A DNA stretch of 64,000 nucleotides, taken from positions 276,345-340,344 of the IMG/VR virus record IMGVR_UViG_3300050120_000152; one strand, given 5' to 3'. Each line of letters begins with the position of its first letter. Position 1 is the stretch's first letter. The notes under the pieces are model-generated. The model was not told the DNA's origin, ran no database searches, and saw nothing but the letters and a program-made list of their open reading frames with translations. Positions 42,607 through 49,788 of the stretch are shown here, piece after piece. A program made the position numbers and the translations under genes.

Positions 42607-42684
42607 GGAACGTAGCGCGAAGTGGTAAGCGACTCGACTTTTAATCGAACAGACTACTGGGTTCAAGCCCCAGACGTTCCACCA
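42607..42684 (+). tRNA. tRNA-Lys(TTT)
   Basis: GGAACGT/ACGTTCC, TCGA-CTTTTAA-TCGA, TTCAAGC loop, ACCA. Confidence 0.85.
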
Positions 42685-42690
42685 AAATAT

Positions 42691-42816
42691 GGAGCAGAGG
42701 CCAAACGGTTAGGCAATCGGCTGTGGGAAAAGATGTAAAGGCATCCAAAGCTAGTTCAAGTCTAGTATTCCAAAGGTAACCGATGATATAGGGTTCGACT
42801 CCCTACTGCTCCGCCA
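42691..42816 (+). tRNA. tRNA-Asn(GTT) interrupted by a 52-nt anticodon-loop insertion (42725-42776)
   Basis: GGAGCAG/CTGCTCC acceptor, G73, CCA. ATCGG-CTGT[insert]TAA-CCGAT reconstitutes a typical Asn arm. Confidence 0.75.
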
Positions 42817-42835
42817 TTTTATATGATTTATTTGG

Positions 42836-43108
42836 ATGAAAAATAACATGAATAACGATTTTGAAGTAAAAATCATATCTGATAAGAAAATTAAAGTTTC
42901 TATTGAAGAGATTTTATCTATAAGAAAACGATGTAAAGAGATAAATTCTGTAAAACTTAATGATATTGAATTTACTTTTGATGGAAAAATTATTAATCCT
43001 TCATTAGAAGATATAGAGCATTGGTACTTTACCGGATTAAATAATATTGATTTTGTTAGATGTATATTAGAAGGGGAATATATTCCTTTACAAAATATAG
43101 ATGATTGA
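42836..43108 (+). CDS. Hypothetical protein
   Basis: 90-aa ORF between tRNA genes. Confidence 0.55.
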   Translation: MKNNMNNDFEVKIISDKKIKVSIEEILSIRKRCKEINSVKLNDIEFTFDGKIINPSLEDIEHWYFTGLNNIDFVRCILEGEYIPLQNIDD

Positions 43109-43186
43109 AATATAGTACGTGACCCGAGCATAGTAGCACACTGGTATGATAATGATAAATAGTTATTATCAGAGAGTAAATCTACT

Positions 43187-43798
43187 ATGTCACAGACTAA
43201 TAATTATAGAAATGTTAAAAATTATAGATTAAGAATAAAAGATATTGTTTTATTTTCTATGGGAAATAAATGTCAAATATGTAAGTATGATAAATGTAAA
43301 GCAGCATTAGAAATTCATCATGTTGACCCCACGACAAAAGAATATTCTATTAATGAAATTAAATCTTGGAGTAAGATGTGTGCAGAATTACCAAAATGTA
43401 TCTTATTATGTGCTAATTGTCACCGAGAAGTTCATCATAATGATTTAAAAATTCCTACCGAATATAATAGATTTGATCAAGAAAAAGCAAATGGTTTAAA
43501 AATTGAACAAGCAGAATTAGGTAGAATTATAAGCAATAAAGCGGTGATTAAATATAACAAACAGTTAGCCATCCAGAGAAAAATAGATTATCAAGAAAAA
43601 TTAAAACTTCTTAAAGAAGTTAGAACTAATATAATATTAAATTCTAACATAGATTTTACTAAATTTGGTTGGGGTGAGCAATTGGGAAAATGTTTTGGTA
43701 TAAGTAGACAAAAAGCGTCAGCATGGTTTAAAAAGCATTTACCAGATATGTATTATTCTAATAATATTAAGAAATTTCCACGAAAAACGGTTGTGTAG
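43187..43798 (+). CDS. HNH homing endonuclease
   Basis: CQICKY..LEIHHVDP..CILLCANCHREVH. Stop codon lies inside tRNA-Ile. Confidence 0.85.
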   Translation: MSQTNNYRNVKNYRLRIKDIVLFSMGNKCQICKYDKCKAALEIHHVDPTTKEYSINEIKSWSKMCAELPKCILLCANCHREVHHNDLKIPTEYNRFDQEKANGLKIEQAELGRIISNKAVIKYNKQLAIQRKIDYQEKLKLLKEVRTNIILNSNIDFTKFGWGEQLGKCFGISRQKASAWFKKHLPDMYYSNNIKKFPRKTVV

Positions 43799-43863
43799 CT
43801 CAGTGGTAGAGCGCAGTCCTGATAAGACTGTGGTCGAAGGTTCGATTCCTTCTACAACCACCA
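43789..43863 (+). tRNA. tRNA-Ile(GAT)
   Basis: Canonical cloverleaf, CAGTC-CTGATAA-GACTG, ACCA. Confidence 0.95.
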
Positions 43864-44022
43864 TTTTAAAATAAATATTTTTGATAATTTTATGTCAACA
43901 GAATCAGAAGAGCGTCAGCAAATTATAAATTTGCTAAAAGAATGTATCCAACACATGGATATTCTAAATCAACATCTTGCTAAACTTTATCCAATGGATG
44001 ATGGCGAGAATTAATAATTTAT

Positions 44023-44093
44023 GGGATGTTAGCTAAGTGGTAAAGCATGGGCAAATCGCCCCGAGGTCAATGGTTCGAATCCATTACATCCCC
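44023..44093 (+). ncRNA. tRNA-like gene lacking a valid anticodon loop
   Basis: GGGATGT/ACATCCC, TAGCTAAGTGGTAAAGC, GGTTCGAATCC. Anticodon arm is GGGC-AAATC-GCCC. No full CCA. Confidence 0.7.
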
Positions 44094-44110
44094 ATTACTT
44101 GAGAAATAAT

Positions 44111-44368
44111 ATGTCCTTATCGAAAGAAATAAAAGAGTCCTTATGGGACTTTTATGGTTGTGACAGTTTCAGTCGTTTACATGATTGTTTGATTGAATTT
44201 TACGATGATGTAACCGAAGATCATGTATATAAATTATTTTTAATGTTACCAGATTTTATTATTGGATTAGGCATTAGTTGGTCATTTAACGATACTGAAG
44301 TTGGTGATGCTGTTTATTCATTCATAGAAACTAATACCGAAATGGTAGATACATTATTTAAGGATTAA
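44111..44368 (+). CDS. Hypothetical protein
   Basis: ORF with GAG RBS. Confidence 0.55.
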   Translation: MSLSKEIKESLWDFYGCDSFSRLHDCLIEFYDDVTEDHVYKLFLMLPDFIIGLGISWSFNDTEVGDAVYSFIETNTEMVDTLFKD

Positions 44369-44403
44369 CATGTATTGGATTCTTCAAGATAACCTATTAC
44401 CGT

Positions 44404-44480
44404 GGAGCAATAGCTTAACTGGACAAAGTTTCTGATTCCTAATTGGAAAGATGTGAGTTCGAATCTCACTTGCCCCACCA
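44404..44480 (+). tRNA. tRNA-Arg(CCT)
   Basis: TCTGA-TTCCTAA-TTGGA, GTGAG-TTCGAAT-CTCAC, ACCA. Confidence 0.85.
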
Positions 44481-44530
44481 CTTGACATATCAACGATTCT
44501 GTATTAATCTCTTGTAAAGAGGATTAGATT

Positions 44531-44758
44531 ATGAATGAAGTTAGCGTAGGTATTACTGGCCCAGCAGGTTCAGGTAAGTCAACAATACTATCAATTATTC
44601 AAAAAGCATTATTGGATGCTGGATTTGCTAATGTTGTTATAAGTGATTCGGGTAATTCTATTGACTTGAATACTAGAATTACCACATTACAAAGCCATGG
44701 AACTAAGATTTGGTTAGGCACACATCAAACTATACGAACTCTTCATGGTGCTAATTAA
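44531..44758 (+). CDS. Small P-loop-containing protein
   Basis: GPAGSGKST. TTGACA promoter and AGAGG RBS upstream. Confidence 0.6.
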   Translation: MNEVSVGITGPAGSGKSTILSIIQKALLDAGFANVVISDSGNSIDLNTRITTLQSHGTKIWLGTHQTIRTLHGAN

Positions 44759-44996
44759 ACACATACTTGACAATATCATCACATTGTAGTAATGTATTGT
44801 TATTATGAATGAAGAAATCAGAAAGAAAGAAGCTGAAATTAAAAACCAACAACGATGTAATTTGAAATACAGTAAATCACGTTGGTATAATTCTGGAATA
44901 ACTACTCTTGAGCGGTTACAAAAAGAATTGGAAGAACTTAAAAAGTTATTTTTGAATGATAGTGAAGCTAAATAATTCAACAAGGGTTATTTAGCT

Positions 44997-45245
44997 ATGA
45001 TCAAAAAATTGTGGGGGTTCATAGTTGTTCATAACTATGTGAAGTGTGGACTCAGATATGGTATTGACCAAGAAAGTTCTTGGCAAGTTGGTGATTCCGA
45101 GAACAGATATTATATAAAAACTTTCGCATTCTGGTCTAAATTATATCATAAAATAGGATATAGATGTATATCTGATGATATTTGGGCATCATGTACTTAT
45201 GATATTTCCAGATATAAACCATTTTTCAAAATTAAACGTTTTTAA
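44997..45245 (+). CDS. Hypothetical protein
   Basis: 82-aa ORF. Confidence 0.45.
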   Translation: MIKKLWGFIVVHNYVKCGLRYGIDQESSWQVGDSENRYYIKTFAFWSKLYHKIGYRCISDDIWASCTYDISRYKPFFKIKRF

Positions 45246-45378
45246 TGGGACGTTAGTTCACGAGTCTAACATCTTAGTCCATATGAGTCCATATTGACCT
45301 AGAAATAATATTGTAATAAATTTGTGTTGGCATGCGGAAATATATAAATACCCGTATAATCTATCCAAATCCCCTACA

Positions 45379-46434
45379 ATGAAAAAAACCCTATTTATAC
45401 TTAAGAAGCGTAGTAATAATTATCAATCAGATTTGCCATCTATGACCGGCACACTATCATCTGGATTAATTAATTCAGTTAAATTCGTAGATAATATGTT
45501 GAATGACCATGGTATTGAATCCCACTTCGTAGAAGTAGATGACAATAACGATATCGACCGCGAAGTCACCAAGTACAAGCCAGATGTAGTCATCATCGAA
45601 GCTATTTGGGTTGTGCCTAATAAATTTGAGGTATTGCGTAAGCGTCACCCTAACGTTCAATGGATTATTAGAATTCACTCAGAAATACCATTTATCTCTG
45701 GTGAAGGTAATGCATTAGAATGGCTGTTTGGATATGTTGCATACGATAATGTTCTGATCGCAGCTAATACTGAAAGAATGGAACATGATTTGAAGCATAT
45801 GTTAGCAGCTAGTCATGGAGATGCACTTATTGAAAATAAAGTGATATATTTACCAAATTACTATAAAGAGAAGATCATACATCAGGATGCCGATAGAAAA
45901 ATTGCTTATAAAGATTTCTTGAATGTCGGTTGTTTTGGTGCTATACGACCATTAAAAAATCAATTGATTCAAGCAATGGCGGCAATTGAATATGCTAGAG
46001 AGAATAGTAGACGCTTGAGATTCCATATTAACGGCTCTCGTATAGAACAAGGCGGTAATGTATTAAAGAATATTAGAAATTTATTTGCTAATCTTGATAA
46101 TAAATTTTATGAGTTAGTGGAACATCCATGGTTAAACCATGAAGATTTCTTACAGTTAGTTAGTCATATGGATGTTGGTTTACAAGTTTCATTTTCTGAA
46201 ACGTTTAATATTGTAACGGCAGACTTTGTAAGTAGAGATGTGCCGGTTGTCGTGTCATCTGAGATAACATGGTTATCATCAATATCACATGCTAATACAA
46301 CGTCTATACCGTCGATTGCCAAAGCAATTAAATATTCTTTAGATAATAGAAAAGCTGTGACAGTATCGAATAAAGCTAAATTGAGAGAATTCAATCATGA
46401 TAGCGAACGTAGTTGGATTAAATATTTAGGTTAA
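45379..46434 (+). CDS. GT-B (GT4-like) glycosyltransferase
   Basis: FGAIRPLKNQ..DVGLQVSFSETFNIVTADFVSRDVPVVVS. TATAAATA at 45343. Confidence 0.75.
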   Translation: MKKTLFILKKRSNNYQSDLPSMTGTLSSGLINSVKFVDNMLNDHGIESHFVEVDDNNDIDREVTKYKPDVVIIEAIWVVPNKFEVLRKRHPNVQWIIRIHSEIPFISGEGNALEWLFGYVAYDNVLIAANTERMEHDLKHMLAASHGDALIENKVIYLPNYYKEKIIHQDADRKIAYKDFLNVGCFGAIRPLKNQLIQAMAAIEYARENSRRLRFHINGSRIEQGGNVLKNIRNLFANLDNKFYELVEHPWLNHEDFLQLVSHMDVGLQVSFSETFNIVTADFVSRDVPVVVSSEITWLSSISHANTTSIPSIAKAIKYSLDNRKAVTVSNKAKLREFNHDSERSWIKYLG

Positions 46435-46441
46435 GAAATAC

Positions 46442-46516
46442 GCACCCTTAGTTCAGTGGTAGAATGCTTCTCTGACTTAGAAGAGGTCGAAGGTTCGATT
46501 CCTTCATGGTGTACCA
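46442..46516 (+). tRNA. tRNA-Val(GAC)
   Basis: CTTCT-CTGACTT-AGAAG arm (pyrimidine at 37), TTCGATT loop, ACCA. Confidence 0.85.
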
Positions 46517-46534
46517 AATTAGTTAAATAAATAA

Positions 46535-46804
46535 ATGATAAACAACAGTTATAAAAAGCTTGACTTTGATGGTGAAATTGATTTAACATATCTAAATGGT
46601 AAGGTTAAAGGATTTTCCGATGAAAAGGGTAATAGTAAATTTTATACTAGAGCCGTAGGATTCGTTGATGATCTTGAACATGCAAAATTATTGATATCAG
46701 AATTAGTTGATGATAAAACAATTATTTGTTATGCTTACCTGACAAATGGATCAGATAATATGGAAGAAAAATCATTTTTGACGATTCGATCTAATATTAA
46801 GTAA
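46535..46804 (+). CDS. Hypothetical protein
   Basis: 89-aa ORF. Confidence 0.45.
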   Translation: MINNSYKKLDFDGEIDLTYLNGKVKGFSDEKGNSKFYTRAVGFVDDLEHAKLLISELVDDKTIICYAYLTNGSDNMEEKSFLTIRSNIK

Positions 46805-46852
46805 TTGATTTTCTTATTATAATAAATATAATTATAATAGGATTCGTTTCAC

Positions 46853-47314
46853 ATGGATAGTGAAGTAAAAAATATACCGGATGATTATAGCAACCATCCA
46901 TTAGTACAAAATGCTACTGATGTTCATTATAATGAAATGTCAAAAGTGGAAAAAATATGTGCGTGGGTTTGTGACGAAATTGGATCACCCTTTGCATTAT
47001 TTGCTATTATTGTTATACAGGTATTATGGGTTGTATTAGGACAAACAAGTAATCTTGATCCATATCCATATGTGTTTCTATTAACAATTTCTAATGTTAT
47101 TCAATTGATTTTAATATTTATTTTAGCGGTAGGCCAGCGTCAATCGGTACAGCGATCAGAAATCCGATCACAAACTGATCATGATTCTATATCAAGAATA
47201 ATGCATCATCAAGATTTACAGGAAAAAATACTATTGCAAATTTTACAACATCATGATATAAATAGTGACGAAGTAAAAAATGTATTAGCTGCACTAAATA
47301 TTTCATCGGATTGA
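46853..47314 (+). CDS. DUF1003-like membrane protein
   Basis: GSPFALF..W..LDPYPYVFLL..ILAVGQ with two hydrophobic helices. Confidence 0.75.
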   Translation: MDSEVKNIPDDYSNHPLVQNATDVHYNEMSKVEKICAWVCDEIGSPFALFAIIVIQVLWVVLGQTSNLDPYPYVFLLTISNVIQLILIFILAVGQRQSVQRSEIRSQTDHDSISRIMHHQDLQEKILLQILQHHDINSDEVKNVLAALNISSD

Positions 47315-47356
47315 ACTGACGATAAATACCTACATAACTAGTAGGTTTATTGTTCA

Positions 47357-47998
47357 ATGAGATATAATAATGAAGAAGAGAAATCGAAAGCAATAAAGTT
47401 AAGAACTGAAAATTTTTTGTCTTTATCACAAATCAGTAAAGAGGTAGGATTGTCTGTCGCAACCTTATCCGTTCTATTAAGAGCTTATCCTTTAACTAAA
47501 CAGCGAATAAATGAATTAAAATTGCCTGCGCAAAAATTAGCTGCTAAAGCCAATAAAGATAAGTCAATACTGAGAAAAAATAAATTTAAAAATGAAGGTA
47601 TGGTTTTAGTAAATGAAGACCCTCTTTTTAGAGATTTATGTTTTCTGTATTGGGGTGAAGGTACAAAATTTAAATCCAATACAAGATTTTCTATATGTAA
47701 TTGTGATCCATACATGGTAAAATATATTTACAAAGTTATTTTTCATTTGGGATATATAAATAGTATGGTAACTACTGCCTATTGTTATACTGATTCAAAT
47801 AATACTGAGATAATTAATTATTGGAATGATTTTATTCAATCCCCAATAAATATTTATAAAGTTAAAAATTCTATTGCTAGTAAATTATTAAATACACATA
47901 AGCAACCTTATGGAACTTTACGTATTGATGTTAACTCTGTAGAATTGTATAATAAAGTTTTAGGTGGTATAGAAGCAATAAAGATTTTGGCCGGTTAG
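47357..47998 (+). CDS. Putative HTH plus LAGLIDADG-like endonuclease
   Basis: N-terminal HTH, LYWGEGTK..NCDP..YGTLRI. Late promoter hairpin upstream. Stop lies inside tRNA-Val. Confidence 0.6.
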   Translation: MRYNNEEEKSKAIKLRTENFLSLSQISKEVGLSVATLSVLLRAYPLTKQRINELKLPAQKLAAKANKDKSILRKNKFKNEGMVLVNEDPLFRDLCFLYWGEGTKFKSNTRFSICNCDPYMVKYIYKVIFHLGYINSMVTTAYCYTDSNNTEIINYWNDFIQSPINIYKVKNSIASKLLNTHKQPYGTLRIDVNSVELYNKVLGGIEAIKILAG

Positions 47999-48063
47999 CT
48001 CAGCGGTAGAGCAGGACGTTTACACCGTTCAGGTCGCGGGTTCGACTCCCTCACCGGCTACCA
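47989..48063 (+). tRNA. tRNA-Val(TAC)
   Basis: GGACG-TTTACAC-CGTTC, TTCGACT loop, ACCA. Confidence 0.9.
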
Positions 48064-48065
48064 AG

Positions 48066-48273
48066 TTTTACAGCGTCCACTGTAAAAGGTTCATATCTTT
48101 CCTTAAAGATAGGCTGACCATAATCAGACGCGAAGTATGGGGGTGCCACTGCTACCACAATTGATAAGTGTAGTGGGTCAGTCAGAAGATCACATTCTGA
48201 ATTTCCTCATCAATGATATAAATTTGATGCTCTAATTAGCTGCTGGTGTTGCAATTAGAGTAGGATACCAGCA
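48066..48273 (+). ncRNA. Unassigned structured RNA candidate
   Basis: Several helices and loop-loop complementarities between tRNA genes, with no credible ORF. Confidence 0.5.
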
Positions 48274-48280
48274 AAAATTT

Positions 48281-48354
48281 TGGGAATAAATCAAATAGAG
48301 AGATATCTGGCTTTGAACCAGAGTAAGTGGGAGCATTACCCTCATTCCCATCCA
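48281..48354 (+). tRNA. tRNA-Gln(TTG), non-canonical AGCATTA T-loop
   Basis: TGGGAAT/ATTCCCA (T1-A72), TCTGG-CTTTGAA-CCAGA, CCA. Confidence 0.8.
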
Positions 48355-48359
48355 ATTAT

Positions 48360-48434
48360 GCCCGTGTAGCACAGTGATAGTGCAGTTCTTTGGTAAAGAG
48401 AAGGTCAAAGGTTTAATTCCTTTCTCGGGCACCA
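48360..48434 (+). tRNA. tRNA-Thr(GGT)
   Basis: GCCCGTG/CTCGGGC, loop TTGGTAA, T-loop TTTAATT with D-loop GA, ACCA. Confidence 0.8.
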
Positions 48435-48494
48435 TTTTAAGCTTGACCCCGTTATGCTTGTAGAGATAGCCTTGGATCATCAAGCCAATTTTAT

Positions 48495-48572
48495 TGAGAA
48501 GTCGGCAAGTGGATTAAGCCATCGCTCTCTGAAAGCGATATTTCGTGAGTTCGAATCTCACCTTCTCAGCCA
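48495..48572 (+). tRNA. tRNA-Gln(CTG)
   Basis: TGAGAAG/CTTCTCA, TCGCT-CTCTGAA-AGCGA, GCCA. Confidence 0.92.
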
Positions 48573-48577
48573 TTTTA

Positions 48578-48597
48578 AGCCCCTTTCGGGGCTTTTT
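48578..48597 (+). terminator. Intrinsic terminator closing the tRNA array
   Basis: AAGCCCC-TTTC-GGGGCTTTTT. Confidence 0.85.
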
Positions 48598-48636
48598 CAT
48601 TTCTGAACATAGAATAAATCTTAATTTACTAATCAA

Positions 48637-48664
48637 TTGACATTAATCAAAATCCTGTTAACAT
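48637..48664 (+). promoter_or_regulatory. sigma70-type promoter of the ter-like operon
   Basis: TTGACA-N16 with TGn-TAACAT, the same layout as the tRNA-array promoter. Confidence 0.6.
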
Positions 48665-48697
48665 ATTCACATCTTACAACACAACCAAGGATGTTAC

Positions 48698-49780
48698 ATG
48701 TCAACATTTACCGAGTTTTATAAAAAGCCGACCATTGCTCTTATCGTAGCAATCGTGTTAGGTGGTTTAATTGGATATCACGATTCTGGTGTCATTGGTG
48801 CAGCTATCACGTCTGCTATGACAGTTATAATCCTTTCCATTTTAGAAATATCCATGTCGTTTGATAACGCAGTTTTAAATGCAAAAATTCTCAAGCCCAT
48901 GTCAGATGCCGCTCGTAATTGGTTCATGTTATGGGGTATCCTGATCGCAGTAGTTGGAATGCGCCTGCTAGTCCCTGTATTGATCGTATCAGCGGTTGGA
49001 AGTATGGCACCATGGACAGCATTCATGATTGCACTCACTAATCCATCACAGTATTCAACATTATTAACTTCATCAGCTGATTATGTATCAGCCTTTGGTG
49101 GATCATTCTTGATGATGGTTGCATTGAACTTCTTTCTTGGTGACGAAAAAGAAACCAATTGGTTACACTTTTTAGAAGTTCCTTTAGCTAAATTGGCTAA
49201 ACTTGAAGTAGTTATTACGTTACTAGTTGTAATTTTGGCGGCATTGGGTGTTAATCATGACCGTCAATTTACGTTCGTTATGGCTGGTTCTTTGGGTATT
49301 ATGCTAAACATTGCCATCGGTGTTCTAAAAGAGAAACTTGAAGAACATGCACCAGAAGCTGCTCAAGGCGTTGCAGTTACAATTAAAAGCGCCATCGCAA
49401 GCCTAATTTATCTTGAAGTTCTTGATGCAAGCATGTCATTTGATGGTGTGATCGGTGCATTTGCAATCACTACAGAAATTTTCTTGGTAATGCTTGGTCT
49501 TGGTGTAGGTGCAATGTTCGTTCGTGGTATGACTATTAACTTAGTCAAAAATGATACCATGGCTGAATATCGCTATCTTGAACATGGTGCATTGTGGTCA
49601 ATCGCGGTATTAGCGGCCATCATGTTCATCAAAGTTAATCATCATGTGCCAGAACTCTTTACAGGATTGATAAGTGCTGCTATAATTGCAATTGCAGTAG
49701 TCCATTCTCATATTTTGAACAAACGTGAAGCATCATCCACCGCAACAACTCTAGTCGATTATAAGCCCGAAGTACTTTAA
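48698..49780 (+). CDS. DUF475/TerC-like integral membrane protein
   Basis: LEISMSFDNAVLNA..GMRL and YLEVLDASMSFDGVIGAFAIT..YLEHGA. Confidence 0.88.
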   Translation: MSTFTEFYKKPTIALIVAIVLGGLIGYHDSGVIGAAITSAMTVIILSILEISMSFDNAVLNAKILKPMSDAARNWFMLWGILIAVVGMRLLVPVLIVSAVGSMAPWTAFMIALTNPSQYSTLLTSSADYVSAFGGSFLMMVALNFFLGDEKETNWLHFLEVPLAKLAKLEVVITLLVVILAALGVNHDRQFTFVMAGSLGIMLNIAIGVLKEKLEEHAPEAAQGVAVTIKSAIASLIYLEVLDASMSFDGVIGAFAITTEIFLVMLGLGVGAMFVRGMTINLVKNDTMAEYRYLEHGALWSIAVLAAIMFIKVNHHVPELFTGLISAAIIAIAVVHSHILNKREASSTATTLVDYKPEVL

Positions 49781-49788
49781 GGAAAAAT

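Noticed and set aside
42725-42776. Group I intron in tRNA-Asn
   Set aside because: U/G boundaries fit, but 52 nt cannot hold the P3-P7 catalytic core.
17154-45378. Extended N-termini given by the track (17154, 18294, 34726, 35416, 38100, 40096, 45322)
   Set aside because: They overlap upstream genes or promoters. Downstream ATGs fit RBS, coupling and family starts better.
48066-48273. tmRNA, RNase P RNA, SRP RNA or tRNA-linked HDV-like ribozyme
   Set aside because: No tRNA-Ala-like ends, no GAGGAAAGTCC, no SRP helix-8 motif, and no HDV-like fold I could build directly after a tRNA 3' end.
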